Below, one piece after another: positions 50,013 through 61,622 of a stretch of 64,000 nucleotides of DNA. The notes under the pieces were generated by a model. It searched no databases. It was given only the letters and a program-made list of their open reading frames with translations, and had not been told where the DNA came from. The position numbers were made by a program, and so were the translations under genes. Numbering within the stretch: the stretch's first letter is position 1; every line of letters starts with the position of its first letter. The stretch is from Patescibacteria group bacterium (GTDB taxonomy: Bacteria; Patescibacteriota; Patescibacteriia; UBA2591; UBA4787). Location of the stretch: the NCBI GenBank assembly GCA_028715115.1, contig JAQUSN010000002.1, positions 210,816-274,815 of the forward strand. Direction: 5' to 3'.

Positions 50013-50516
50013 CTACTTTCTTTTCTTTTCCGCTAAAGCTAAAATTTTGTCTGTTCTGATTTTTGATTCCTGCTCTAAAAAAAATCTATTAACTCCGGGA
50101 AGAATTTTCAACCAATTATAAATCAATTCTAAAATTTTCTTGACCGTAAATTTTGTTTGCGAAATAAGTTGTTCTATTTTCGTAGCTGTTTCCTCCCCCT
50201 TCTTTCTAAACTGCTCCTGTAAGGCGGCTGACAAATTTTTATAAACCGGCTCTAAATCCTCGGACAGAATGTTCTCAATCTCTTTTAACGTTTCACTTTT
50301 AGCTAAAACAACTGTCGGCACTTTTTTGCTTTTAACGGATGGTCTAACTGTTTTTGCCTGTGGTTGGATCTCGCCTGATTTTTCAACCGGTAAAGTTTCC
50401 GCCTGCTCTAATTTTTGCGCTTCGATTTCCGGAGTAATAGGCTGTTCAACCGTCGCTTTTTCGGTCGATGGCGCTATTTTTGGCTCTAACTCTTGGGGTG
50501 AATTTAACTCAGCCAT
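50013..50516 (-). CDS. Conserved hypothetical protein
   Basis: WLKILPGVNRFFLEQESKI motif; directly upstream of the ATPase. Confidence 0.75.
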   Translation of the reverse strand: MAELNSPQELEPKIAPSTEKATVEQPITPEIEAQKLEQAETLPVEKSGEIQPQAKTVRPSVKSKKVPTVVLAKSETLKEIENILSEDLEPVYKNLSAALQEQFRKKGEETATKIEQLISQTKFTVKKILELIYNWLKILPGVNRFFLEQESKIRTDKILALAEKKRK

Positions 50517-50580
50517 AAAGGTAATAATAAATATTATGCGTTAATTATATACGAATAAAGAGAAATAGCAAGAAAATATA

Positions 50581-50652
50581 TAGCGCGTAAGGGAATCGAA
50601 CCCTTGTTATATGGTTGAGAACCATATGTCCTAGCCACTAGACGAACGCGCC
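50581..50652 (-). tRNA. tRNA-Glu(CUC)
   Basis: GGCGCGT TC GTCTAGTGGCTAGGAC A TATGG-TTCTCAA-CCATA...AAGGGTTCGATTCCCTT ACGCGCT A. Confidence 0.93.
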
Positions 50653-50655
50653 CCA

Positions 50656-51780
50656 TTATAGATTTTCGTCTTGCAACTTTTCAAATAAATCTTTCTGCTT
50701 TTTATTTAAATTCTTGGGGACTTTTATCTCCACTTCAACAATCTGATCACCACGGCCATGGCCCTTTAAAAACGGCACACCCTTACCTGATAATTTAAAT
50801 TCCTGTCCCGAATAAGTGCCGGCCGGAATTTTAAGAACCACTTCACCGTCAATGGTTCTCACATTAATTTTCCCGCCTAAAACTGCTTGCGAAATTGAAA
50901 TTTGTTCCTGCGAATATAAATTATAACCCTCGCGTTTAAAATATTTATCTGGCCTGATATGCAAATGAATATATAAATCGCCCGCCGTCGCGCTCTTAGC
51001 GCCAGCTTCGCCATAACCAGCTAAACGAATAACCCCGCCGTCGTTTACACCGGCTGGAATTTTAACTTTAATATTCTGATATTGCTGGTATCGGCCCTCA
51101 CCTTTACACTGCACACATTTCTTACTCGTTAATTTACCTTCTCCTCTGCATTCTGGACACTCACCAACAGTGCGAAAAGTACCAAAAAAGGTTGTCTGGT
51201 CTTGCGCTACTTGCCCGGTTCCGCGACAACGAGAACAATTAATAATTTTACTGCCTGGCTCAGCGCCAGTCCCGCCACACTTTTGACAGGTGGCATTTTT
51301 TTCTAGTCTTAATTCTTTCTCTGTACCAAAAACAGCTTCTTTAAAGTCAACGCTTATTTCTATTTCCATGTCCCGTCCGGTCTTTTTTCTGGCCCTTGTA
51401 CGGCCACCGCTAAAACCGCCAAACAAGTCTCCAAAGATATCTCCCAAATCGCCGAACTCGGCTCCCTGAAATCCCTGATTGGTTTGATGACCATTTTGTT
51501 TCATAGCTTCGGCCCAAGTGGCCCAATCGCGGAAATTATCAAATCCAGAAAATCCGCCTTGTGAGCGAGCCTGTTGGAATGTTTCGCCATACTGGTCATA
51601 CATCTTTCTTTTTTCGGCATCAGAAAGGGTCTGATAAGCTTCGTTCACTTCTTTGAATTTTTCCGCATTGCCACCGGCTTTGTCGGGATGGTATTTGTGC
51701 GCCAATTCACGAAACGCTCGCCTGATTTCATCAGCCGAAGCATTCTTATTGATTCCTAAAGTTTTATAATAATCTGCCAT
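50656..51780 (-). CDS. dnaJ: Chaperone DnaJ
   Basis: HPD motif, G/F region, four CxxCxGxG; start at MADYY. Confidence 0.97.
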   Translation of the reverse strand: MADYYKTLGINKNASADEIRRAFRELAHKYHPDKAGGNAEKFKEVNEAYQTLSDAEKRKMYDQYGETFQQARSQGGFSGFDNFRDWATWAEAMKQNGHQTNQGFQGAEFGDLGDIFGDLFGGFSGGRTRARKKTGRDMEIEISVDFKEAVFGTEKELRLEKNATCQKCGGTGAEPGSKIINCSRCRGTGQVAQDQTTFFGTFRTVGECPECRGEGKLTSKKCVQCKGEGRYQQYQNIKVKIPAGVNDGGVIRLAGYGEAGAKSATAGDLYIHLHIRPDKYFKREGYNLYSQEQISISQAVLGGKINVRTIDGEVVLKIPAGTYSGQEFKLSGKGVPFLKGHGRGDQIVEVEIKVPKNLNKKQKDLFEKLQDENL

Positions 51781-51886
51781 AAATCTTAAAATTTTTGATC
51801 CGCCGGCTGGCGGAGATAAATTTTTAGCAACAATTATGAGCACTCCGACTGTCTCGTCGGAGTAGCCATAAATATTAACGATAGAA

Positions 51887-52627
51887 CTATTTGATAGTCA
51901 TGCGAATAAAATTAATGATAGTTGGCCAACCAAAATAAGCAATAATAATTGCTATTATTATTCCGATAATTTTCCATAAATCTTTCTTAAACTCTCTACC
52001 TGATTTTATATCATCTGATTTTATAACGAGAGGAGGATAAAATCGAGGAAAGACCCGAATAATAAAATAAGCTATGCCTCCGCCCAATAGAATAAAAAAT
52101 ATAAAAAATAAAAATATATAAATAATACTAGGAGATTCATGAACGGAAATGAATTTTCGAGCTGGTATTATGAAAAGGGGTACTAATATTATAAACATTA
52201 TCATGGGACCGAAGATGTCTACCCCCCTATAAATAAATGTATTCCAATTTTTATTTTGAAAAAATTCAACTATCTTTTTTTTATAAACTATCGTTAGTTT
52301 TTCGTCTGAACTAGTTATATCGAGATAAAGATCATCTTCATTATATGAAAAAACTATATCTATATCATGACCATAATATCTTAATTTTAATGATTCTATA
52401 TTTAATATATCTTTCTTAATTCTATCTTCGAGTTCTTCTGATTTTTTAAATTCATAAATTTCTCCATTTTTAAATGATGCTATAAAGCATGGTTCTTTAA
52501 AATATTCATCTTTAAATATATTTTTTTCTTCTAAATATATGGTAATTAGAAAATCGGTTAACTTTTTTAAATCAATTAAATTTATACTAAAACTTTTAAT
52601 TTTTGTTCTGGATTTAAACTTGCTCAT
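51887..52627 (-). CDS. Hypothetical membrane protein (very AT-rich)
   Basis: ORF track; three C-terminal TM segments. Confidence 0.7.
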   Translation of the reverse strand: MSKFKSRTKIKSFSINLIDLKKLTDFLITIYLEEKNIFKDEYFKEPCFIASFKNGEIYEFKKSEELEDRIKKDILNIESLKLRYYGHDIDIVFSYNEDDLYLDITSSDEKLTIVYKKKIVEFFQNKNWNTFIYRGVDIFGPMIMFIILVPLFIIPARKFISVHESPSIIYIFLFFIFFILLGGGIAYFIIRVFPRFYPPLVIKSDDIKSGREFKKDLWKIIGIIIAIIIAYFGWPTIINFIRMTIK

Positions 52628-52683
52628 ATTATTAATTTATTTTTAAAAAGATTAAAACTTATTAATCAGAATGAAAAATAAGT

Positions 52684-53748
52684 TTATATTTTAATCACTT
52701 CTGCTTCTTTCATTTCTTTTTCAATAGAAACCACGTCAATCAACCTGAAAACATAGAAAATAATTTGTGTTAATATTAGACCGATTCCGGCTAAAAAGCT
52801 AAAAATAAATTTGGCTAATAAAAACACTATGATAAGAATTAAGTAAGAAATATATTTTCCATACGGACCAATAAAATCGCCCAAGCGGTTGTTGATAATG
52901 GTCGTTAAAATGTCGTCCATTTTTTCTTTACCGGTTAAAGTAATGCCCAACGATTGGCCCATATCAACTCTCATTTGAGTAATCAAATTCGGGTTAATTT
53001 TTTTTGCCTGTTGCGAAAGTTGCAATAAAACAGTTTGATTAATTTCTGGATTACCAGCCAAAGCGCTAAAGTCTATTTTACCCGTTTTCTTGTCGACAAA
53101 CTTCTCTAGATTGATGGAATTAGGGTCTAAGCTCGGCTGAAATTCATTCGCCGCCAAAGACATCGACAATATTTCGTCCAGTGTTTTGTTTGAATCACAA
53201 AATGGTAATATTTTATTCAAGAACGGAGAAATAGGAACAATAGTCCATTTTATCAATTGTGGCGGCAGGGTAATTTTATTATTTTCAAACTTTATTAAAG
53301 GATGAACAAAATAGATAGATGAAAGAAAAATCGCCAAGCCGATTGATAATAGCGGAATACCGCGGCGGCAAAATCTTATTAGCGATACTTTGCAATATAA
53401 ATCTTTTTCAGTCGCAATAAGCTCGAAAGCAATAACCAAAGAAAAATAAAAAATAACCAAACCGATTAAATACCAAATAAGCGTACCGTGGCCAAAATAC
53501 CGAAAACCGACTGCGACAAACACGATCACCAAAATCAAGCTTGTGCCATAAATCACTCGCCTATCTTCGATTAAGCCAAAAAGCAACAAAACGGCGCCGA
53601 AGAAAAACACAGCAATAACCGCTGCCGCAATCGCATTAGCCGTAGAAATAGGCTTAACAAAAAAACTTAAAGTTTTATCTACAAGTAAAACTCCTGTTAA
53701 TAAAAATAAAAACGATAAAATCAGAATAACTGCCAATTTCTTGGACAT
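52684..53748 (-). CDS. Hypothetical multi-pass membrane protein
   Basis: ORF track; multiple TM segments. Confidence 0.75.
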   Translation of the reverse strand: MSKKLAVILILSFLFLLTGVLLVDKTLSFFVKPISTANAIAAAVIAVFFFGAVLLLFGLIEDRRVIYGTSLILVIVFVAVGFRYFGHGTLIWYLIGLVIFYFSLVIAFELIATEKDLYCKVSLIRFCRRGIPLLSIGLAIFLSSIYFVHPLIKFENNKITLPPQLIKWTIVPISPFLNKILPFCDSNKTLDEILSMSLAANEFQPSLDPNSINLEKFVDKKTGKIDFSALAGNPEINQTVLLQLSQQAKKINPNLITQMRVDMGQSLGITLTGKEKMDDILTTIINNRLGDFIGPYGKYISYLILIIVFLLAKFIFSFLAGIGLILTQIIFYVFRLIDVVSIEKEMKEAEVIKI

Positions 53749-53776
53749 ACTTCTGGTTATGAGCTAGCTTATATTG

Positions 53777-54544
53777 CTATCTTAATTCAAAACCTAACGT
53801 AACATTAACGGTAATTTCTTGACTACCCTGTTCTATGCTCGGGGCGCCGCCTCCACCAATACCGCTCATCGCCTTGTCTAAATAAATCGGTTGCGAATAA
53901 GTATATGTCCCGTCATTTTCAGAGAAAGAAACTACTCGACCAAGGGAAAAGCCAACGCTCTTGGCAATGTCTCTGGCTTTTTCTTTTGCCTGGGCAATAG
54001 CTTTTTCTCGAGCATCATTTCTTAATTTTTCCTTGTCGTCAATAATAAATTGAATATCGCCAACCTGATTGGCGCCACGAGAAACCGCACCATCAATAAT
54101 TTCACTAACCTTATCCAAGTTTCTCATTTTTACTGAAATACTTGAGGTCAACTCATAGCCGCGATCGATTCTGATACCATCTCTCCAATCATAACGAGGG
54201 CTTAAATAATAGCCAGTTGTTTGAATGTCTTTCACGTCAACACCGCTGTCTTTCACGAATTTAATGATTTCGTTCATTTTACTGGAATTTTCTTGCATTA
54301 CTTCTTTGGCCGTTAACTTATCGGTAACTACCGACAAAGTAACTAGGCCAATATCTGGTATGCCAATGGCCTTGCCTTCACCGCTGACAGAAATATTCTG
54401 CTGCGGATTAAATTTTGCCTTCCAGCCGCCAATTTGGCTAACCGACAAGGTCAGCAATAAAACAGCCAACAAAATCATAATAATGATTTTTATAGCTTTG
54501 TGGCCATGACACATTGGATGGTGCATCATTTGTTGTTCATCCAT
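53777..54544 (-). CDS. SIMPL (DUF541) domain protein
   Basis: ISVSGEG...PD, DIQT, AREKAIAQAKEKA. Confidence 0.92.
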   Translation of the reverse strand: MDEQQMMHHPMCHGHKAIKIIIMILLAVLLLTLSVSQIGGWKAKFNPQQNISVSGEGKAIGIPDIGLVTLSVVTDKLTAKEVMQENSSKMNEIIKFVKDSGVDVKDIQTTGYYLSPRYDWRDGIRIDRGYELTSSISVKMRNLDKVSEIIDGAVSRGANQVGDIQFIIDDKEKLRNDAREKAIAQAKEKARDIAKSVGFSLGRVVSFSENDGTYTYSQPIYLDKAMSGIGGGGAPSIEQGSQEITVNVTLGFELR

Positions 54545-54598
54545 AAAATTTTAATTACGAATTAAATTTACCCTCACACCAAGTTAAAGGTATGGGAA

Positions 54599-55444
54599 TT
54601 AATTATTTAATAATGTTTTTGCTTCTTTGATTAATTGCAATAAAATATTAAGGGGGATTCTGTTTGTTCTGGAAAATTTATCAGGATCGATCTTCAATAA
54701 GTCTTCGGCGAGCATTATTCTCTTGTTCGCAAAAATATCAAAATGAAATTGTTTTAAAGACGGTAAAATGGTAATGGGATATAATTTTTGGCTCTCAATA
54801 TAATACTGTAAATTATTCGTTCCGGGATAACCCCAGCCCAACAATTTATTTCCTACGCAATTCGAGTAATCTATCGCCTGCTCGCTAAACTTAGTGTTGG
54901 TAACCAAAAGGCTGGAAATTTTGAGCCCGGCAAATTCTTTTTTATTAAAAAAGTTCCCTTGCTTAATGTCTAAAAATCTGGCGTGATTTGCCAGCGCCAC
55001 CTTTAAATCAGTACGAAATCCCAAAACATTATGATACTTGCATTCACCGACAAAAAGCTCTTTATCCTTCTTAGCTAAAAAATCTATTTCGTAATCAACA
55101 CAATAGCCCTTAATTATTTGATTGAGCTGCACCCAATAACCTTGTTTGGTTAAAATTGCAGCAATATATTTTTCAAATGGAAATCCACTCGGCCCTAATT
55201 TACGCAGAGAGCTCTTTAAGCTAAATTTAATAGCCACGGCCGGAACCTCTTTTCCTAAAAGTTGTTTAATGCGATCATAAATCTCGGTAGTTGTTATTCC
55301 GGGTCGAGCTTCTCGCCCAATAACTTCCATGGCCTTGCGCGCCACAAATTTGTCGGCTCCGGCGTGCCTAGCGCTACGATAAACCTTTTTTAAAGATAAA
55401 GGTTCTTTCTCTCCCAATAAATTAATGACGTAGATGGATTTCAT
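54599..55444 (-). CDS. ATP-cone domain plus Mrr-like restriction endonuclease domain protein
   Basis: VINLLGEKEPLS...TTTEIY; GFPFEKY, YEID, ECKYH, LVTNTKFS. Confidence 0.8.
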   Translation of the reverse strand: MKSIYVINLLGEKEPLSLKKVYRSARHAGADKFVARKAMEVIGREARPGITTTEIYDRIKQLLGKEVPAVAIKFSLKSSLRKLGPSGFPFEKYIAAILTKQGYWVQLNQIIKGYCVDYEIDFLAKKDKELFVGECKYHNVLGFRTDLKVALANHARFLDIKQGNFFNKKEFAGLKISSLLVTNTKFSEQAIDYSNCVGNKLLGWGYPGTNNLQYYIESQKLYPITILPSLKQFHFDIFANKRIMLAEDLLKIDPDKFSRTNRIPLNILLQLIKEAKTLLNN

Positions 55445-55512
55445 GGCTACTATAAATTATAAATTTTTACTCTATATATCATACAGGAAATATTTTATAA
55501 AAACAAGCTAGT

Positions 55513-56688
55513 TTACTTCTTTAAGCGCCGTTGGCGGCGACTTAAACTCAAAGCAAAACGATGGGCCTCGTCGCGCACTCTTAAAAATACATTTTTTGAC
55601 AATAAAACCATATCTTTTAGCGCTTTTTTACTTTTGGGCGGAAAAACCAACTCGTCTCCCCCGTATTTAGAAATGCCCACTAGAGGAATATTTATATTTT
55701 TATCTTTTAAAACTTTGGTCAAAAAATTAATCTGCGGACGCCCGCCATCGATCATTAGATAATCTGGGAACAGCCATTCTTTATGATTAAAACGCCTAAT
55801 TAAAACTTCTTCAAGGGCCCGCAAATCGTCATTGGCTGGCGCGGTTCTAATCTTAAAAAGTCGATATTGATTCTTGTCTGCTGCCCCGTTAACAAAAACC
55901 ACCATCGAGCCAACGGTTTCTCGACCGGTTAAATGGGAAATGTCATAACCTTCAATCTTGGTCAAGCGTTTGTCAAAATTCATATTCATTTCATTTTCAA
56001 TAGACAACAAAGCTACATCTTGCAAGTGCTTTAAGGCTAAAGCTTGAGCCGGATTTTGCTTGGTTAATTTTTTTAGCAATGACTTCTTTTGTCCACGCAA
56101 CAGGGCAATGATATTTTTTATACTTTCTTGGTATTGCTCATTTGATATCTTGCCAACGCAAGCTCCAGGACAAAGACCAATTTGGTAATTAAAACATGCT
56201 TCTCCGGACAATGGCCGGCAAGTGCTATAAGGAAAAACTTTTCTAATCAAACGCAAAAATTTTCTAACCAACATTAAACTTTGATACGGACCGAATATTT
56301 CAGCTCGGCTCGGCGGATATTTCTCCAATTCCCTTCGGCGCATCACCATCGGATACGGCCATTCGGTTTTCGGAATAACGATATAAATAAACGAACGGTC
56401 GTCTCGGTCTTTGATGTTATACTTCGGCCAATGTTTTTTTATCAAATTTGCTTCAAGAATTATTGCCTCCAAAACCGTATCAGTCGAAATGTATTTAATC
56501 TCTTTAGCCTTTTTTACCATCTCGAGTAGCCGTGATTCAAGATTTTTCTGAAAATAACTAGTCACTCGCCTTTTAAGCGAAGTGGCCCGGCCAACGTAAA
56601 GAATCTTTTTATTTTTATCAAGATACAAATATACGCCGGGCCGATCCGGTAAACTGCTGGCTCTTTTTTGTAATTTCCCCAAAGCCAT
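55513..56688 (-). CDS. uvrC: Excinuclease ABC subunit C (short form)
   Basis: PGVY...YVGRA GIY-YIG; EGYDISH, IDGG, RDEAHRFA. Confidence 0.93.
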   Translation of the reverse strand: MALGKLQKRASSLPDRPGVYLYLDKNKKILYVGRATSLKRRVTSYFQKNLESRLLEMVKKAKEIKYISTDTVLEAIILEANLIKKHWPKYNIKDRDDRSFIYIVIPKTEWPYPMVMRRRELEKYPPSRAEIFGPYQSLMLVRKFLRLIRKVFPYSTCRPLSGEACFNYQIGLCPGACVGKISNEQYQESIKNIIALLRGQKKSLLKKLTKQNPAQALALKHLQDVALLSIENEMNMNFDKRLTKIEGYDISHLTGRETVGSMVVFVNGAADKNQYRLFKIRTAPANDDLRALEEVLIRRFNHKEWLFPDYLMIDGGRPQINFLTKVLKDKNINIPLVGISKYGGDELVFPPKSKKALKDMVLLSKNVFLRVRDEAHRFALSLSRRQRRLKK

Positions 56689-56690
56689 AA

Positions 56691-59201
56691 TTATTTCAAG
56701 TATTCCTTTAGATAATAACCGGTATATGAACCTCTTTTCTGGGCCACTTCTTCGGGCGTACCGGAAACGACAACTTCGCCACCGTGCTCGCCCCCCTCAG
56801 GCCCGAGATCAATCAGATAATCCGCAGATTTTATAAAATGTAAATTATGCTCGATAACAATAACCGTATTGCCTTTATCTACCAACTTATTAATAACCTT
56901 CAAAAGCATTTCAATGTCATGATAATGCAAACCAACCGTGGGCTCGTCTAATAAATATAATGTTTTTTTGCCTAAGGGCTGAGTCAATTCGCGGCCTAAT
57001 TTTATTCTCTGCGCTTCACCGCCAGACAAAGTCGTAGCGCTTTGGCCCAGTTGAATATAGCCCAAACCGACTTCTTTTAAAACTTTTAATTTGTCAGTAA
57101 TTTGATAGATGTCTTTGAAAAAATCGTAAGCTTCGTCGATGGTCATGGCCAAGACTTCGCTGATATTTTTCTTTTTATACTTAACCTGCAGCGTCTCTCG
57201 ATTAAAACGCAAGCCACGACAGACGTCACATTGGACCAAAACCGGCGGCAAGAAATGCATTTCCACTAAATTAAAACCTGCTCCACCGCAAGCTTCACAA
57301 CGGCCGCCAGGTACGTTAAAGGAAAAACGCGAGGCCTTATATCCTCTCTCTTTGGCTTCGGGTAATTCGGCAAAAAAGTCCCTAATCGGCGTAAAAATTC
57401 CAGTGTAAGTGGCTGGATTAGAGCGCGGTGTACGGCCTATCGGTGATTGATTAACCATCACAATTTTATCCAAATAATCGCTGCCGCTAATTTTACTAAC
57501 TCCGATTAATTTATCGGAAATGTGATTTTTCATTTTATTGACATTTTGATACAAAACATCATGGACTAAAGTCGACTTGCCGCTACCGGAAACTCCGGTC
57601 ACACAGACAAATTTGCGCAGCGGAATCTCGACGGAAATATTTTTTAAATTATTAATCTTAGCGCCAGTAATTTTCATTTTCTCGTTGATTTTCACGCGGC
57701 GATGAAGAGGTAGGGCGATTTCTTTTCGGCCACTTAAATAATCAAGCGTCATAGATTTTTTAAAGGAGCGCGAATTGATGATTTGCGGCAATTCGCCCTC
57801 GGCCACTATCTCGCCGCCCAATCGTCCAGCGGCCGGACCGAGATCAACTAAATAATCGGAGTTTAAAATAGTTTTTTCGTCATGCTCAACGATAATAACC
57901 GTATTGTTCTGATCGCGCAACGACTTAAGAGTTTTAATTAATTTTTCGGTGTCGCGTTCGTGTAAGCCAATTGTCGGTTCATCTAATACATATAGTGTAC
58001 CAGAAAGTTGCGAACCGATTTGCGAAGCCAAGCGAATTCTTTGCGCTTCACCGCCCGATAAGGTCTCGGCTTCGCGCGATAAAGACAGATAATCTAAACC
58101 GACTTCCAATAAAAATTTCAATCGATCGCTTATTTCTTTAACCAAGGTTATGGCAATGGTTTTTTGCCGCGCAGTCAATTTTTTTTCATAATCGGCGAAG
58201 AAATCAGCCATCTGGCCAATACTCATTCTGGTTAATTGGCAAATATTTTTGCCGCCGATCTTGACTGATAGAGATTCGGGCTTTAAGCGTTTGCCCTCAC
58301 AATCAGTGCAAATAGTATTTAAAAATAAATCTGTTTTACCCAAGCCATGACAAGTCGGACAAGCGCCCATCGGACTATTAAAAGAAAACAAACGCGGTTC
58401 GATTTCCGGAAAAGCGAAATTATCTTCTGGACAAGTCCAACGACTCGATAAAACAAATTCTGCTTCGTCTTTTTTGCCCTCCTTAAACACGAAGGTCACC
58501 AATCCCTTACTGTAATCAAGGGCATTTTCCACAGCTTCAAACAATCTTGTCTCATCGGTCAGCATAACGCGATCCATAACAATATCGATGGAGTGGACTT
58601 TATAACGAGAAAGAATTATTTGATCGTGAAGCGAATGCATTTTACCGTCAACTCTAGCTTCAGTAAATCCAAGATTAAGATAATCATAAAGCATTTGGTA
58701 ATATTCGCCCTTTCTGCCGCGCACCACTGGCGACAAAATGGTTACGATTTTTTCCTGCGCTGCCTTGCCTTGCTTAATAATAATATTAACCATTTCCTCG
58801 ACAGAAAGTTTTTGAATTTTCATATTACACTTAGGACAAAAAACTTCGCCCAAGCGCGCATATAAAACTCTCAAGTAATCATAAATCTCTGTTAAAGTGC
58901 CGACGGTTGAGCGTGGATTATGCGACAAAGCGCGCTGGTCAATGGCGATAGCTGGTGACAAGCCGGTGATTTTATCAACGTTCGGTCGATCCATCTGGCC
59001 CAAGAATTGCCGAACATAAGGCGACAGCGATTCAATGTAGCGGCGTTGGCCTTCGGCAAAAATTGTATCAAAAGCTAGTGATGATTTGCCGCTGCCGGAA
59101 ACGCCGGTAAAAACTATCAATTTATTTTTCGGCAATTCTAAGTCCACATCCCTGAGGTTATGGACTTTAGCGCCCTTGATTTTTATGGTATCAATTGACA
59201 T
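56691..59201 (-). CDS. uvrA: Excinuclease ABC subunit A
   Basis: Two GVSGSGKS and LSGGEAQRI motifs, zinc fingers. Confidence 0.97.
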   Translation of the reverse strand: MSIDTIKIKGAKVHNLRDVDLELPKNKLIVFTGVSGSGKSSLAFDTIFAEGQRRYIESLSPYVRQFLGQMDRPNVDKITGLSPAIAIDQRALSHNPRSTVGTLTEIYDYLRVLYARLGEVFCPKCNMKIQKLSVEEMVNIIIKQGKAAQEKIVTILSPVVRGRKGEYYQMLYDYLNLGFTEARVDGKMHSLHDQIILSRYKVHSIDIVMDRVMLTDETRLFEAVENALDYSKGLVTFVFKEGKKDEAEFVLSSRWTCPEDNFAFPEIEPRLFSFNSPMGACPTCHGLGKTDLFLNTICTDCEGKRLKPESLSVKIGGKNICQLTRMSIGQMADFFADYEKKLTARQKTIAITLVKEISDRLKFLLEVGLDYLSLSREAETLSGGEAQRIRLASQIGSQLSGTLYVLDEPTIGLHERDTEKLIKTLKSLRDQNNTVIIVEHDEKTILNSDYLVDLGPAAGRLGGEIVAEGELPQIINSRSFKKSMTLDYLSGRKEIALPLHRRVKINEKMKITGAKINNLKNISVEIPLRKFVCVTGVSGSGKSTLVHDVLYQNVNKMKNHISDKLIGVSKISGSDYLDKIVMVNQSPIGRTPRSNPATYTGIFTPIRDFFAELPEAKERGYKASRFSFNVPGGRCEACGGAGFNLVEMHFLPPVLVQCDVCRGLRFNRETLQVKYKKKNISEVLAMTIDEAYDFFKDIYQITDKLKVLKEVGLGYIQLGQSATTLSGGEAQRIKLGRELTQPLGKKTLYLLDEPTVGLHYHDIEMLLKVINKLVDKGNTVIVIEHNLHFIKSADYLIDLGPEGGEHGGEVVVSGTPEEVAQKRGSYTGYYLKEYLK

Positions 59202-59204
59202 AAA

Positions 59205-61037
59205 TTATTTTTCTTCTAAATTAATTAAATTCTCAATATTTCTTGAAACGGACTTAGCTACTAGGTGGTGTTTTTTATTATAAGCCATTTGTTTTTCCCG
59301 TCGACGGTTAACTTCGCTGACGGCACGCTTAATCGAACCGGTAATGTTGTTGGCATACAAAATAACGCGACCGCTAACATTGCGGCTGGCCCGGCCCATG
59401 GTTTGAATAAGAGATGTTTCACTACGCAAAAATCCTTCTCGGTCAGCATCTAAAATCGCGACCAGCGTTACTTCGGGTAAATCAAGACCTTCACGCAAAA
59501 GATTCACGCCAACTAAAACATCAAATTTGCCCTGGCGGAATTCATTTAAAATCTGCGTCCGCTCCAAAGTCTTGGTATCCGAATGCATAAACTTGGCCTT
59601 GTAATCTTTTTGTGTCAAAAAATCTGTCAAATCTTCGGCCATTTTTTTGGTTAAAGTATTAACTAAAATTCTTTCTTTTTTAGCGACAACCTTTTTTATT
59701 TCATCCATTAAATCTTCTATCTGGCTGTGGTTGTGGACCTTATCGAAAACCTTGCGCACCTCAACCGGCGGATCAATTAGGCCAGTAGGTCTGATAATTT
59801 GTTCAACCACTTGTTGAGATTTTTTTATCTCCCAATCGCTCGGCGTAGCTGAAGTAAAAATAACCGAACCGACACGTTGTTCAAACTCAGTAAACTTTAA
59901 CGGCCGATTATCAAGCGCTGACGGCAAGCGCCAACCATATTGGACTAAAATTTCCTTGCGGCTGCGGTCGCCTGCATACATACCGCGAATCTGCGGCACG
60001 GCCACGTGCGACTCATCAATGATGGTAAGAAAATCCGGCCAGCCGTTTTTTTTGGGGAAAAATGACAATAATGTTTCCGGCGGTTCGCCGGCCAGCTTAC
60101 CACTCAAGTGCCGTGAGTAATTTTCAATGCCATGACAATAACCCACGGTCTTAAGCATTTCTAAATCATATTTTGTCCGCCGTCCCAAACGGTCGGCTTC
60201 TAAATACAATTTTTTCTGTTTGAAATATTTTAGCCGTTCTTGCAATTCCTGCCTAATATCTTTAATGGCTTGTTCTCGTTGCGGTTCGCTGCTGATAAAA
60301 TGTTTGGGCGGAAAAATAACAATATCTTGCAGTTTATTGACTATTTTTCTAGTAGTCGGATCAACCAACATTATTTCATTAACCTTCTGATCTAATAACT
60401 CTAAATAATAAACTACCTCGCCCGAGGCTGGCATTATCTCAACGATATCGCCGCGAGCCCGAAATAATCCGCGCGCTAAAACGCCGCTTGTCCGCTCAAA
60501 ATGCATTCTGACTAATTGTCTGATTAAATCGCCGCGCGTTAAGGGCTTGCCGATTTCTAAATGTAAAGTCGCCGACAAATAATTTAATGGCACTCCTAAG
60601 TTATAAATACAAGAAACCGACGCGACAATAATCACGTCGCGGCGGGACAATAAAGCACTAGTAGCTTTGTGGCGCAAACGATCTATTTCTTCATTTATCA
60701 TCGCCTCTTTCTCAATATAAGTATCGCTAGTCGGCAGATAAGCTTCGGGCTGATAATAATCGTAATAAGAAACAAAATAATTGACCGAATTATGAGGAAA
60801 AAAATTTTTATATTCTCGATAAAGCTGAGCGGCTAAAGTTTTATTCGGCGCCATAACTAAAACCGGCTGGTCAAAATGGCTTAAGACATTGGCCGCGGTG
60901 AAAGTTTTGCCTGAACCAGTCACACCCAAAAGCGTCTGGCGGTCATGTCCCTTTTTTAAACCAGCTACTAGTTTTTTTATCGCTTCCGGCTGATCACCAG
61001 CCGGGCGATACTTTGATTCTAATTTAAATAAAGACAT
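59205..61037 (-). CDS. uvrB: Excinuclease ABC subunit B
   Basis: [30 protein letters not shown]. Confidence 0.97.
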   Translation of the reverse strand: MSLFKLESKYRPAGDQPEAIKKLVAGLKKGHDRQTLLGVTGSGKTFTAANVLSHFDQPVLVMAPNKTLAAQLYREYKNFFPHNSVNYFVSYYDYYQPEAYLPTSDTYIEKEAMINEEIDRLRHKATSALLSRRDVIIVASVSCIYNLGVPLNYLSATLHLEIGKPLTRGDLIRQLVRMHFERTSGVLARGLFRARGDIVEIMPASGEVVYYLELLDQKVNEIMLVDPTTRKIVNKLQDIVIFPPKHFISSEPQREQAIKDIRQELQERLKYFKQKKLYLEADRLGRRTKYDLEMLKTVGYCHGIENYSRHLSGKLAGEPPETLLSFFPKKNGWPDFLTIIDESHVAVPQIRGMYAGDRSRKEILVQYGWRLPSALDNRPLKFTEFEQRVGSVIFTSATPSDWEIKKSQQVVEQIIRPTGLIDPPVEVRKVFDKVHNHSQIEDLMDEIKKVVAKKERILVNTLTKKMAEDLTDFLTQKDYKAKFMHSDTKTLERTQILNEFRQGKFDVLVGVNLLREGLDLPEVTLVAILDADREGFLRSETSLIQTMGRASRNVSGRVILYANNITGSIKRAVSEVNRRREKQMAYNKKHHLVAKSVSRNIENLINLEEK

Positions 61038-61169
61038 ATTTATATAATAAAATAATTTTCGTTAATTCAAGACTAACCTCAACTAACCAAAAAGTCCCGC
61101 TTGTCGCGGTCTAGGGGGCTATAGATCTGTAAAGATATTATAGCATAAATATAAATTTTAGCCAGAGAT

Positions 61170-61493
61170 AAAAAGAGGAGGGCCAGCTTTCGCCGGCCCT
61201 CATTGCACTCCAGGTTGTAGTCTGTCTTTCGACAAGACCGAGCTCGCCATCCGAGACAACGATAGCCTTCTTAAGGCTTAGGTTATAACCCCGGCTGTTC
61301 GCCGAGCACCTGTTTTGTTGTCTCCGATAACTCGCCCGTATTCTAGTAGTCCTTCTCCACTGCGCCTCCATGGGGAGCCGCGCGACTCGACGCCGCACGA
61401 CGGTTTAGAGCTTCCGGATCTTGCTCGACCGTACAGCGCACCAGTGAAACACCGGCGCGGCGGACAGACGATATCCGTTAGGACGTATCCATG
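61170..61493 (-). ncRNA. Candidate structured RNA (about 320 nt)
   Basis: TTGACA/TG-TATATT promoter at 61500-61527, GAAA-capped hairpins, terminator at 61170-61201. Confidence 0.45.
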
Positions 61494-61622
61494 ATTATTA
61501 ATATACCAAAAACAAAAAAAATGTCAAGGGATTTTTCCACAGACCTAACCCCCGCTTTCTTAGAAAGCGGGGGTTGACAAAAGCCAAAAAATATATTAAA
61601 ATAAAAACATTCAAGGAGGCCT

